Assembly: GCA_040285745.1 (NCBI GenBank)
Contig: JAUFOR010000005.1
Coordinates: 372,001 to 436,000, forward strand
DNA from: Barthelona sp. PCE
Taxonomy: Eukaryota
Reading direction: 5' to 3'
Length of the DNA: 64,000 bases
The stretch's first letter is position 1, and each line of letters opens with the position of its first letter. Both the position numbers and the translations under genes were made by a program. Below the pieces are notes generated by a model. That model saw only the letters and a program-made list of their open reading frames with translations, did no database searches and was not told the origin of the DNA. Positions 32,969 through 44,300 of this stretch are shown one piece after another.

Positions 32969-35071
32969 ATGCCTCGAATTCGTAGATATGAGGATGATTT
33001 GATTGTTAACTCACACCCCGAGGGCAGGATAATATTTGAAGGTCAAGGTGTTACATTGCTGAGTTCAGAGCCGGAAATTTTTGATATCAGTCGCATTGAA
33101 ACTTTTGAAGGGAAAGAATTTATTGGGTTTGTAGGTGACATACAAAAGGAGCCTCTCAAGTACATTTCAAAGCAGAAAGTGGAAACGGGTTTCATAATCG
33201 TTAAGAAGATTGGTGCTGAATTTGAAATTTTATTCTTTGATAGCATCACCAGTGACGAGTACACGAGCAAAAGAGTCCCATTCCCTTTGGAGTTGAATGG
33301 ACGTATCTCCAAGAAATTCATTCCACTTGATGCGAACCACTTTTTATTTACAATGCTTAGTAATCACAGTAAGCATTGTTATCTTTTCAGCACACTAACC
33401 GAGCAGCATAGATACCTTGGAGAGTTTGACTTTTCAGTTACAGCTGATTATTCTTTTGTTTTGTTGAAGAAGCTTGAGGATGATAGCATTTGGCACTACA
33501 ACTTTACAGTGGATGACATGGATGAACTCCGTGAACTTGATATCAAACAATTAGATGGAGTGAATGAGCACACCATATGTAGTTGTGCAAATTCTGATTG
33601 TGTTCTATATGTTTCCTTTGGAAGTGGTATTGAGCAAATGATAATTATCGACAGACAAAGAAACCGTGTTGACCTGATTGAACGATTCTGTGAACAGTTA
33701 AAGAATGTTAAAATAGATTACTTCACTAATTTTGTTTTGTTTACCTTAACGGAGAATGTTTTTACTGCAATGTTCAGTAGTTCGTTATTTTGTACTCTAA
33801 TTCACATAGAAAACGGTGAGTTAAAGATGTCGTGTGGAGAAATGAAATATTGTGTTAGCTGTATTCACTCTATTCACTTAAATTTGACGAATGATTTTTG
33901 TGATAGAGATTGTGTTATATATGGAGCATCTAAGAGAACAGGAGTTTGTGGTTCCATCAAGTTTAGAAGTTCACATAACGAAGTTTTGCGATTGAACAAA
34001 CTTTGCCCTCTGAATATTTATTTTAATGGAATAGTACATTATTCTGATGATGATAGTAGACATTATTTCTTTTTTTTTAAAGAGAAGAAAATCATAATTG
34101 TTAAGGATGTGAAAAAAAAAAATTTATTACCAATTTTTCATAAAGTAATTTCATATCATGTATCTAAAGATTGTCATTTTTACGTAATGCTTGAAAGTTC
34201 TGGTAAAGAACAAGGCACTAATTATACAAAAATACAATGGAAGGATTGTGATATCAGACCAATTGTTGAAGACATACCTAGTATAAGAGGTTCAGAATTT
34301 TTTTGCTTCATACTTGGATTACCAATTAATACTATATATGATGACGATGAAAATTGTCTTATATATTTGGGAGACACATTGATTTTAGAGCTGGATGAAG
34401 ATAATTTGATTTATAATGTTTTTGGTACCATTACTGGTGATTCTGTTTGCATTTATTGCACTGAATCAATTCATTTTTTCCGATTTTTGATAGAAAACAA
34501 TAACGTAAAGGTTGAAAAACATATTATAATTGATCATGATTATAACATTTCGCAAATTCATTTTTTTCCACATCCAATGGATACTATAAATCATCAGCTC
34601 TTTGTTGTTGATGAATACGGTGATGACTTTGAAATGAAGTACTTGTACTGTTTAGATTGGTCAACAGAAAGTGTATTAGAACCTTTCACTCTTTTTAAGC
34701 AGTCATTAGATGGGGAGGAATTGGTTAATTTAAATTTTAAAGGCTTTGTGAGCAATTCCCATATAAGATTGGATTCAGGTGTAGCTAGAGTATCGATTTT
34801 TGAGGGTGCAATAACATTGGACGTTTTTAATAATAGTATTTTACCACATGTAGAAAACATATATACAGATCTAAATCAACCTAATGGCGTTATACAGACA
34901 GCAACATATGAAGCATATACTAAATCAGTTGTGTTGAATACGTACAACATTGAGGAGGATCCGGAATCAACAAATACAGAAATCGATACATTCCATCTTC
35001 CATCTTTTCTATCTGAGACGTTTATTGTTGAGTATTGTATGCCGTATTATCATAGTTTAATAGCAGATTAA
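32969..35071 (+). CDS. Uncharacterised ~700-aa protein, 'MPR' family member 2
   Basis: 700-aa ORF starting MPRI. Beta-rich composition and C-terminal TFHLPSFL pattern are similar to members 1 and 3. Confidence 0.7.
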   Translation: MPRIRRYEDDLIVNSHPEGRIIFEGQGVTLLSSEPEIFDISRIETFEGKEFIGFVGDIQKEPLKYISKQKVETGFIIVKKIGAEFEILFFDSITSDEYTSKRVPFPLELNGRISKKFIPLDANHFLFTMLSNHSKHCYLFSTLTEQHRYLGEFDFSVTADYSFVLLKKLEDDSIWHYNFTVDDMDELRELDIKQLDGVNEHTICSCANSDCVLYVSFGSGIEQMIIIDRQRNRVDLIERFCEQLKNVKIDYFTNFVLFTLTENVFTAMFSSSLFCTLIHIENGELKMSCGEMKYCVSCIHSIHLNLTNDFCDRDCVIYGASKRTGVCGSIKFRSSHNEVLRLNKLCPLNIYFNGIVHYSDDDSRHYFFFFKEKKIIIVKDVKKKNLLPIFHKVISYHVSKDCHFYVMLESSGKEQGTNYTKIQWKDCDIRPIVEDIPSIRGSEFFCFILGLPINTIYDDDENCLIYLGDTLILELDEDNLIYNVFGTITGDSVCIYCTESIHFFRFLIENNNVKVEKHIIIDHDYNISQIHFFPHPMDTINHQLFVVDEYGDDFEMKYLYCLDWSTESVLEPFTLFKQSLDGEELVNLNFKGFVSNSHIRLDSGVARVSIFEGAITLDVFNNSILPHVENIYTDLNQPNGVIQTATYEAYTKSVVLNTYNIEEDPESTNTEIDTFHLPSFLSETFIVEYCMPYYHSLIAD

Positions 35072-35114
35072 AAATTTCTTATTTATTTAAATTGATTGTG
35101 CTGGTTAAAATCGA

Positions 35115-38100
35115 TCACTGGAATTGACTCATTCTCTCATTCACTTCATTAAGAGTCAGCTCCTGCACCGCTGCAACGTCGCACTGGCCATAATGTCCGC
35201 AGTCAGGCGCCAAACACGAGAAGCAGAATTCGCGAGTACACGTGAAGCACTTCATGCTCTTGCACGCACCACCATGTTCGATGGGTGTCAGGCAGCTCGG
35301 GCATACACGGACAGATGGAACGTCATCGATCTCATTGAAATCAATTCTTTTCAATGGCGCATTCTTCAGACGATTGTTGAGCTCGTCAACATCCTTCTGC
35401 GTCCACTGCGAGAGGCGTTGCATGATTAAAAGCTTGAACTCGTTCGGGAGAATGCCGCGGATGGCGAGCGGCAATCCCTCTCGCACACGCAAAACACTGT
35501 TCGGTAACCTCAAAGTTCGGTCACAAAGAGCTACTGAGGGTAGCATGGTGTCGTCAGGCTGAAGAATGACGGTGAACGAGTTTAGTTCAGGCGAGCCGTT
35601 CATCCAATAGACGAATTGCAGCATATCAAGTGAGTTGAAACCTTCCAACACCTCCTTTAGAGCATCATGTATTTCAGAGGGTACTTCATCGCTGAAGGCA
35701 AAAGTAACAAGTACCTGCTCAGCCGTGAAGCGTGGAGGACCGCAAATAAGGTTCTTCACTTCATTAAATGTGAGTGTAACGTCCAATTGTACATTGAGCT
35801 CAAACGAATTGAACTTCGTGTTCACCTTTTTTGACAGTTCAGCCCACGGTTCGGATGCCGATTCGCGTGCAAATTTCAAAAACTCATTAATGTTATCTGA
35901 AGTTACGGGTATGTCTTCACCACCGATGAAGTTGAAGTTCAGGCCTTCGTGCTTCAGCATGTTGCTGATGTACGCCGACTCGGTCGGGAACACCCTGTTG
36001 AAGACAATTGCATCGGAAAGCTTGTTGTAATCTGCGCTGAGCGCATTCAGTAAGAACTGACCGACTTGTATGTCATCAACGGGCGATTGGAGCACAAAGC
36101 AGCAGTACAGGAAGCCGCACACGGCCTCGATGAGATCATCTGATGCATTGGTATCGAAGTGGAGAAAGGAGCGATACTCAAAAACGTGATCAGCAAACTG
36201 AGCAATTGAGAGCTTCTCCATGCCATGCATCGTAATCGAAGCGCCGAAATATTCAGCGCCGCTCATGAACGTGCTGGTATCGGTGAACACATTCACGAAC
36301 AGCTCATCGAAGGACTCAGTGGTTTGCTCGAACTCCATTGTGCTTCCATCATGTTCGTTGTCGCGCAGCAGTGCCTGTTTAGCAACGATAAACTGGTTGA
36401 TCTGGGTACGTATGAGTGTGAGGCGTTCCTGTGTAGCTGGTACACTTTTATGCCAATTATATAAGCTGAGTTTGTGAGCTGAAGGTCTCAACTGAGTATC
36501 TTGGGCTCGGCAAAGCTGTAGAATTTCAGTATGAGCGCAGTCATCGCGTAATGCAAGAGCGTTGGCGTCTTGTGCAAAAATGTATGAAATTGTCTCTCCC
36601 AAAGCATAAATGTCGCTCAAGAAATTATCAGCAGATTCATGTTCAAAGTTACCAGTTTCAGTAATGTAGTCTCTAGAAATACTGGATTTGAAGTTCCCTA
36701 GTTTTAGTATTGGATTTGTTCCGCCACCACCACAATATATAAAAACATTTTCAGGATTGAGTTCGCATAAAACAATATTATTGGAATGCATAATGGAAAC
36801 AGCTATCACAAGCTGATGGGCCAAATAATTTCTTTCTTCAGCATTAATGTTCGGAAATGCACTTAAATACTGCACAAGATCGTAATTTGCGCGTTCAAGC
36901 TCAATACAGACGAAATTAATAGGAGAGGTAGGATCCCTCATTGTTTTAGGAACTAGAACTACATTCTTGAGTGTTACAGTACTCGGATACAGTTTCGATA
37001 AAACATGAAGCTCTCTTCGTAATGTTCTAAGGTTTATATCCATATTACCTTCGAACTCATCAGATACACATATGCATTTGATAAGACGGTCATCTTTCAC
37101 CACTCTTTGATTTTTTGAGCAGTTTTCGAGTTGACCATTCATGTAACTATCAAGACCAATGATTTTTGGATTCAGTGGGAATCTAATAGAAGACAGATGT
37201 AGCATGTTTAGCGTTCTTCTGAGGTTAACAAAAACGGAAAGTTCATTGATTGTTAAGTTTAGAAGGTTTAGTTTTTCCTCTATTCTTTTTTTTAATTTAA
37301 AAATTTCCCCCTCAAAATGCACACATTCACACGCTATTAAACGTGAATAGTGTTGATCTAACTGTTTTCGAAGCTCGTTGAGTTGATCTAATGTGAATGG
37401 AATTTCTTCTTCTCGAGTTATTGCACTTCTCACACTGTTACACATTTGTATTGTTTGTTCATTTTGTTTTTCTAAATCACTATGAGTGTTGATGAGTAAT
37501 TTCACTGTTTGCTGAATATAATCTGCTTCTTTCCCTCTAAAACTTTGAAGGCATTTCTTGAATGTTTCAAAGTAAATGTCTAACTCTTTGAATTCTTCAA
37601 GTTTTTTAGCATAAGATTTCTCATTTGCTATTTTAGCAATGGGTGACTGATTGGTAATCTCTGTAAAACGTGATTCAAATGTTGAACTTAACGTATCCTT
37701 CAAATTAAAAGCTCTTGATATTCTAGTAATTTCCTTGACATAGTTTGTGACCATAACCAGTTCATTCATGTTCATATTCATTGTCTGAATGGTTGGCTTG
37801 GACAAAAACCACTCAAAAAAGCTGTCAGTTGGAATTTCAAGATTGAGTATTGCCCTTGCACATTGGGTAGCTTGTGAGATCAATGCACAGTACTTTTGCT
37901 TACCTGTATTGGGTGCAATTTTAAGCAGTTCATCATATACAATCCGGAACTTCTCATTCATAACTAAATTTTCTTCAACGAGTTTAATATTCTTTTTTTC
38001 AAGAATACTGAATTTGGATTTGTATTCAATTCGTTGATCGTCCATACTTTTTTCTTTCTTTTTCTGTTCCTTCAACATGTTATTAATGATTTTTTTGAAT

Positions 38101-39032
38101 TTTTTCTGAAGATCATTTATAGAATTTTCATATTTTTTTTTCTGTTCCGATAATAATTCTTCGGCACTAAGTGATTGGTTTTGGGATTCTTGGATACATA
38201 CATCACGATCTTCACAAACATTATGATATTTGCGCATTCTATTTGTAACGAGAAAATAAACAACGAATGAGCAAAAAGTGAGGAAAATTTTCCCTGTTCG
38301 TTGATCACCTAACGGAAGATAGGACTCAAAAAATCCGGAAAGAACTCTAAAGATAGAATTTATAGAGGCTGCAGGTATAATAGCACGAAAAAAATTTGAT
38401 TTAGTGTTATCACATGACGGAAAACGTACACTGAATAATTCTAGATCCATTCTATACGCGGTTAAAGAACCAAGGCACCTCTGCATGACTATCTCAACTA
38501 CAAATTTTGCAGTGATTATAAGAAAGAATTGAAAGGAAGATTCAGTAAAGGTTGCAATTTTTGAAAAGTACATAAAAGCAGGAAGTATATATGCACTTGC
38601 ATTGGTAATGGAACCTATCGTTAAAGCGTCAGTGGATGAATAGAACTGTTGGCGATTGAGGGTGATGATTGTGATAGCAGGTATCGATTCTATTAGAAAA
38701 CCATAGAATATTGACGTGAAAACGATTGTAAAGATAGAGTAAGTTTTGGGGTTATCAAACCATACGCTTGAATCAGACACTGTGTGATCAACAAGTTTTC
38801 CAAGCCAAAAAGCAAAGAAACTGAGGATAACTCCTGCGATGATACTGTAACTGATTGCATGTTGGTTGTTTACCTTATGGAGACGATACGTTTCACTTAA
38901 GGGAACTGCATAAACTAACAACAAGACAATTCCAAACATAATAGATTTAAAATCCTCAACTTGCGGTCCAAATATAAAAAATTCAACAAACAGACTGACA
39001 GGAAGTCCAACGGCGAACAAATGGGACCACAT
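35115..39032 (-). CDS. Multi-TM / coiled-coil / pseudokinase / HECT-like / RBR-RING2 (Rcat)-like fusion protein
   Basis: N-terminal hydrophobic helices and a K/E coiled coil. Kinase fold HSNNIVLCELNPENV..LKLGNF..SDIYALG..RPSA. HECT C-lobe LQFVYWMNGS..LPSVALCDRTLRLP. C-terminal CPSCLTPIEHGGACKSMKCFTCTREFCFSCL. Confidence 0.72.
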   Translation of the reverse strand: MWSHLFAVGLPVSLFVEFFIFGPQVEDFKSIMFGIVLLLVYAVPLSETYRLHKVNNQHAISYSIIAGVILSFFAFWLGKLVDHTVSDSSVWFDNPKTYSIFTIVFTSIFYGFLIESIPAITIITLNRQQFYSSTDALTIGSITNASAYILPAFMYFSKIATFTESSFQFFLIITAKFVVEIVMQRCLGSLTAYRMDLELFSVRFPSCDNTKSNFFRAIIPAASINSIFRVLSGFFESYLPLGDQRTGKIFLTFCSFVVYFLVTNRMRKYHNVCEDRDVCIQESQNQSLSAEELLSEQKKKYENSINDLQKKFKKIINNMLKEQKKKEKSMDDQRIEYKSKFSILEKKNIKLVEENLVMNEKFRIVYDELLKIAPNTGKQKYCALISQATQCARAILNLEIPTDSFFEWFLSKPTIQTMNMNMNELVMVTNYVKEITRISRAFNLKDTLSSTFESRFTEITNQSPIAKIANEKSYAKKLEEFKELDIYFETFKKCLQSFRGKEADYIQQTVKLLINTHSDLEKQNEQTIQMCNSVRSAITREEEIPFTLDQLNELRKQLDQHYSRLIACECVHFEGEIFKLKKRIEEKLNLLNLTINELSVFVNLRRTLNMLHLSSIRFPLNPKIIGLDSYMNGQLENCSKNQRVVKDDRLIKCICVSDEFEGNMDINLRTLRRELHVLSKLYPSTVTLKNVVLVPKTMRDPTSPINFVCIELERANYDLVQYLSAFPNINAEERNYLAHQLVIAVSIMHSNNIVLCELNPENVFIYCGGGGTNPILKLGNFKSSISRDYITETGNFEHESADNFLSDIYALGETISYIFAQDANALALRDDCAHTEILQLCRAQDTQLRPSAHKLSLYNWHKSVPATQERLTLIRTQINQFIVAKQALLRDNEHDGSTMEFEQTTESFDELFVNVFTDTSTFMSGAEYFGASITMHGMEKLSIAQFADHVFEYRSFLHFDTNASDDLIEAVCGFLYCCFVLQSPVDDIQVGQFLLNALSADYNKLSDAIVFNRVFPTESAYISNMLKHEGLNFNFIGGEDIPVTSDNINEFLKFARESASEPWAELSKKVNTKFNSFELNVQLDVTLTFNEVKNLICGPPRFTAEQVLVTFAFSDEVPSEIHDALKEVLEGFNSLDMLQFVYWMNGSPELNSFTVILQPDDTMLPSVALCDRTLRLPNSVLRVREGLPLAIRGILPNEFKLLIMQRLSQWTQKDVDELNNRLKNAPLKRIDFNEIDDVPSVRVCPSCLTPIEHGGACKSMKCFTCTREFCFSCLAPDCGHYGQCDVAAVQELTLNEVNERMSQFQ

Positions 39033-39303
39033 TTATCTTGTTGAATAGAAAGAACGGGAAAAAAATATTGTTGGTTCTATATATACCATTTTGTACTAAT
39101 TTTGAAGTGTCAGAACATGTTTGAAGATATTTGGGCCGTGAGTACATAAAAAAATACTTTTTATGCTCTTTGCAAGAACACCCTGCATTAAGATCAAAAA
39201 AGATTGAAATCAAAAAACATCAATTAAAAAAATTTTTACATTGTATTAACAATCTAACATCTGAGCGCCTGTGTTCGTTACTGCTCAATTATTGTAAAAG
39301 GAA

Positions 39304-41175
39304 TCAAAGTACTTTATCCGTGAATGCTCCAAAACATGAAATAGTTGATGCCATATTGCACGTGGAAATAAACTCAATAACATTAATCTGTCTCTGTTCA
39401 ACAATAATCTCGTCATCAGGGCAGGCCAAAATATATACTGGTAATGAAAAGTTATCCCACTTGCCAGCATGCATCATTAAGAATCCAATTTCAGGAGAAT
39501 ATTTGAACCAATTACTTGAATAAATGGGTAAATCCCAGAAGTTTTCAATACCAGATTTGTTCAACTTAAATAATCTTGTATTGTACAATAAAAGGTTTTT
39601 ATCAATAAAAATTGCTTCACCGCACCATCTGTCAGCTTCGACGGGCAAGTCCTCTAAAATACTTAGTTCATTAGATTCTTCATCGTACCTTACACAAAAA
39701 CGCCCTCTACGACTTAATCCTACAAAAATTATGCTTGGACAATAAGGATTTTTAACAATAACTTCAATTTTTCTGTTGAATGTATGGGAGCTTGATGTTT
39801 TCACTTCACTTGTTTTCTGATCCAAGCAGACAATCGTTAGCGTCCTATTTTTATAAATCCATAGATAGTTACCTACTAGATGAATTGATTCTCCACTAAA
39901 TTGCACATTGTTAATATGCACTTCATTGTTATTAAGTAATGAAGCACAGTGATGATTGTTGCAAGAAAATTCATAACGAGAATCATTCCTGCTAAAGGTG
40001 TGCGCTTTGGTATTGTTGATGAATACATGACACTGGTGATTATTTTCGACTAAGCAATACATTTGCCACTTTTCATTGCATAAATCATAGAACATGCCAC
40101 GATTGCATAACGTGAGATTATATTGATCTTCAACAGGGTTAAAAAAAGTGAGTAAATTATTGAAAAAATCAAAATAAATTGGTAAACTCTTAAGATGATT
40201 TGTACTAATAAAATTGCTCGGATTATCTGAAAAACAAAATCTTGACGACCGATCCAAAAAGAACAAACAGCTCATGTTACTTATATACATAGGGAAAAAC
40301 ATTGTAGAACCGGTTGAATTGTTATACACACTGCAATGCATTTCATCATCAAGAATAACAAAGTTACTCAACTCGCATTCAACATTTGGGGTCTCAGCAA
40401 GACGATCTAATGCTAATACAGCACCACTGATCCTTAAAAATTCATTTTTCTCTAAGCAAGGTATCACAAACCGTATAGGGGTTGTTACAACTTTTCCGTC
40501 ATCCACAATGAATGTGCACTGCTGTCCATGTTGTTCAACGATGAAGTGACTGTCACCAGGCGTGTTGTCTATAGCAAAGACATTTATACTGAGAATATCA
40601 CTATCAACACGAGGAATTCCTTCTTCATCAAACATTATTCTTCTAATTACGGTTGTTCCTGGCTCACTGAAGTGATACATGAACGGAATGCCGTTCTGTA
40701 CGATGAATTTCATTCTAAGGACATTATTATATAACTTAAAGTCATCTATTTCAACTGAATTCTCCAAATCAAACACTATCAATGAGCTGCGTTCAATCCA
40801 AAACCTTGCTGTCAACAATCTGATATACTCCCACTCTCTCTTTAAGGGGAAATCATGGTTTGCAACAAACTCAAACAATTTATCTATATATTTGAAGATA
40901 TCTATCCTAAACATATCATTTCCGATCTCATAGCTGCGGTAGAAGATGTCTGGATCCAATAAAGAGGGTTTTAAGATTTGTAAATCATCGTCAAAATTGT
41001 TTGACAAGTAACCTGCTTCAATGGCAGCAGAATTAATGCCCCTATCCTCGTACTTATCGATGAATTTAAAGGATGTGGTGTTAAATACATGGTTATCCGT
41101 TCCATTAACTGCAAAGCGCCCTGAAATATCTGTGAAAGTGAATCTATCTGTAATTTGAGTAACTTTCCTTGGCAT
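39304..41175 (-). CDS. Uncharacterised ~620-aa protein, 'MPR' family member 3
   Basis: ATG at 41175 (track start 41178 is TTG), begins MPRK. C-terminal QINVIEFI pattern and composition match members 1 and 2. Confidence 0.7.
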   Translation of the reverse strand: MPRKVTQITDRFTFTDISGRFAVNGTDNHVFNTTSFKFIDKYEDRGINSAAIEAGYLSNNFDDDLQILKPSLLDPDIFYRSYEIGNDMFRIDIFKYIDKLFEFVANHDFPLKREWEYIRLLTARFWIERSSLIVFDLENSVEIDDFKLYNNVLRMKFIVQNGIPFMYHFSEPGTTVIRRIMFDEEGIPRVDSDILSINVFAIDNTPGDSHFIVEQHGQQCTFIVDDGKVVTTPIRFVIPCLEKNEFLRISGAVLALDRLAETPNVECELSNFVILDDEMHCSVYNNSTGSTMFFPMYISNMSCLFFLDRSSRFCFSDNPSNFISTNHLKSLPIYFDFFNNLLTFFNPVEDQYNLTLCNRGMFYDLCNEKWQMYCLVENNHQCHVFINNTKAHTFSRNDSRYEFSCNNHHCASLLNNNEVHINNVQFSGESIHLVGNYLWIYKNRTLTIVCLDQKTSEVKTSSSHTFNRKIEVIVKNPYCPSIIFVGLSRRGRFCVRYDEESNELSILEDLPVEADRWCGEAIFIDKNLLLYNTRLFKLNKSGIENFWDLPIYSSNWFKYSPEIGFLMMHAGKWDNFSLPVYILACPDDEIIVEQRQINVIEFISTCNMASTISCFGAFTDKVL

Positions 41176-41331
41176 CAATAAAAAAATATGCCCTATCTGC
41201 TAAAGAAAAGCGAAAAGTAAGGTTTTATAAAGCAAGCTTCTTTTTTTCGTGATCATTCACACGGATGCACTATCCATATTCAAACCATATGGAAATGTAA
41301 ACAAGGTTTGGAGTGATGTTTTATCTTTTTC

Positions 41332-44300
41332 ATGCCTTTTCGCCTGTTTGCACCATTTTTGCTGGTGCTGAGCTTGATTGCATGTGCAAAGGGGCTGGAT
41401 GCATGTTATGAACATCATTTAGCATTATCTAGCGGTGCTAATGTGGTGAGTGATTTAGAAGACTGTGTACTTACAGTTGTGTGCAAAGAAGGGGTAAAGG
41501 ACATTGAGCTACTACTCGAAAACAGCAGAATCACGCTTCAAATAGAACAAGAAGAGCATTCTTTCATTTCAAAATTCAGTATAGATCATTCCAATGTTAC
41601 TTTTGTTGCTGTGCTGAATACGCCCAACCTCATTGTTGCAAATTCGACCTTGAACAAGCTTATACTGAATAGTGATGTATCCGCAAATGTTGAGCTGGAG
41701 TCATCTATTTTGAATGACGTTGTGACCGAAGGTCCCACCATATCACTATTTTCTATTCGTAATTGCACCATTATTGAACGTTTGTACATACATTCTTCCA
41801 CAGAAATTTTTGTGAAAGGATTAGATAACAGTGCGAATTTTCCACTGCGTTTAGGCTGTGATGAATGTAATCTGAGGAATTTATCCAGTCATTTTTTAAC
41901 TCTTGTAACTGCTTCATCGACTATAACCGACTCAGTTATCCTTAAAGTAAGTTTGTTTGTAACTAGTGGTTTGTCAGATAACAGCAGAATAGTGATACAA
42001 AATTCAGTTATTTATGATTTGGATATGAAGAAGAAAGATGTTCAAGTCTCCAATTTGCAGTTGATTATAACTTCAGAGATTTATTACATTAGTTTACATG
42101 ATTTATCCTTTACGAGTGTAATATTATTTGATACAGAAATTTCAAGAGAAAAATATATATTTTATATGTTTAGCACTACAATCGATGGTTTCCAATGGAG
42201 TGATACATACTTTGATGTTGATATTGAGATGAAGTATTTAGATGACGTATCTAGTATCAAGAAAATGCTATTCAAGAACGTTACTTTTGATGGAGTAGGA
42301 ACACTTTTTCCTAAAACAAAAGATTCGTTTAAGTTTGAAAATGTTACTGTGTTAGATATGAGTGTTGGTAGTAGTTTATTCAGTACACCATTGTTTTATA
42401 TCGATAACCTCGTATTAAAGCGCTCTAGTTGGCCGTATGAAGCAAAAGCAACAATCATACGGAATAGCATATTTGAGGATCTTGTTATTGAATCAGTTGT
42501 ATACGTTCGTGAGCTCACGGACGTTATGTTCAATAATGTCGTATTGAAGGCATCAACTTCAATGATTGGCGTAGAAAGTTCGTTTGAAGCAAGGAATTGT
42601 GTTTTCTCCAATATTTCCAGTTTTGAAAGGATTTTTACTGTGTTATCTGCTGGGAATGTAGTAATTGACGTATCACATTTAACATTCAACAATATAACTG
42701 CTCTTTCTATTTTTGGTATAGATTCTAATTCTGCAAGCAGTATTAGAATGTCACACATCACACTAAACACAGTTGAAGCCATGTATTTTGTTAAAGAAGA
42801 AACAAACAGGTGTGATTATTTTTATGCTAGGGAATTTAACCTTTTTAACACAACATTCAACACAGTGTTCGATCTCTCTTCAGTGGAAAGGGGTGTTGAA
42901 AACAAAGAAATTGGAATATATAGCATAGCTTCAGAAAAAGAACGATTTAAGCTTCTAGTGAATATATTTTCCAATTGGAAGGTAAATCTCCGTCTGGAGA
43001 ATTTAACATTATCCTTAAGAGACGAATCTCACGTTCTTGTAACTAAAACTGGTTATAGAAGTTCTCTATACATTGTTAACTCCAGTATAGTATTAGGTAA
43101 AATGTCTACGTTCGTTATATTAGGAACTGTGGAAATAGAGCACAATTGTGAAATTACCAATGTTACAATAGATGCCCCACATGTAGAAGAAGGGTTTCCA
43201 AAGGCAGCAATTTATGGTTTTGATTTCAATATGCGTTATATTAATTACGAAGTAACAGGAAGAAGGACAAGAGCCAACACTAAGTTGGGATCATTTTATT
43301 CCGGGGTGGCACCCATAAATTCCATATTTGATTCAAAGTTTGTTTTATATATTAAGCATGACTATAAACAAGATTTATTCTACTATACGGTCTCACCTTT
43401 TAAATTAAAGCGCATACCAAGTGATTATATAATTGAAGAAGCCGAAGGTGAGGAGTATAAATCGATGATTGGTGCTATTAATGATGACATAGAGATTCCC
43501 CAAAGCAGAGCCTATCTGAAAGCATGTATGAAAGGATATTATTTCTCGGAATATGAGTGCAAAACATGCTCTGTAGGATATCATGTTAACGATGATCAAA
43601 CCAGATGTGTTGTTGATGAACCACAACGTATAGATTTTGACAGAGCTCATCCAGATCTATTTCCCCCTCTTTATCATGTCCCTCCTGGATACTTTGTTGT
43701 AGATGACACGCCGAGGAGATACCTGATCGACTGCTTCAGCAGTTTTTGCGAGGGTGGCCGGGTTCGTGCAGGATTGATGGGAAAGACTAATAGGGATATT
43801 AGTTTTGAAGAAAGTATCGTGTATTCACTTAACGGATTTGATCTATCTAAAAAGAAGAGCCCTGGATGCACGGTCGGTCACTACGGTGTGGGTTGCGCTC
43901 GGTGTCTGGACGTAGCTGATATTTTCACATATGGGTGCATAACCTTTCCCGTAGATAGTGATATGGGTGACTACAGAACAGCCACGGCCTTCATTTTCAT
44001 CGTGCACTGTACATTGCTGGTTCTCCTTTTTAGATATAAGAACATTTTTTTGAAAATTCCATGGACTAAGCTATTAGGTGATGATAATAACATTAATTTA
44101 CTTGATGTAGAGGTGGGTAATATTCTTATCATGATTCGAGACTTCCTCTTTATTGTATGGCCTATTTTGTTTTCTTCATCAGTAGATACTGACTTGCGTA
44201 ATGTTAGTGATAGTTCCGTGTATGCAAGGCTTGTTTTTAACCCTTTACTTAACATAAACGTTCTTTTTGGGGAGGATCAGCGGCTTTTCTTCGTCCAGGC

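Noticed and set aside
39131-39523. 130-aa plus-strand ORF, and the many other short ORFs nested in long genes
   Set aside because: These are antisense or alternate-frame shadows of longer motif-bearing CDSs, often with non-ATG starts and no independent evidence.
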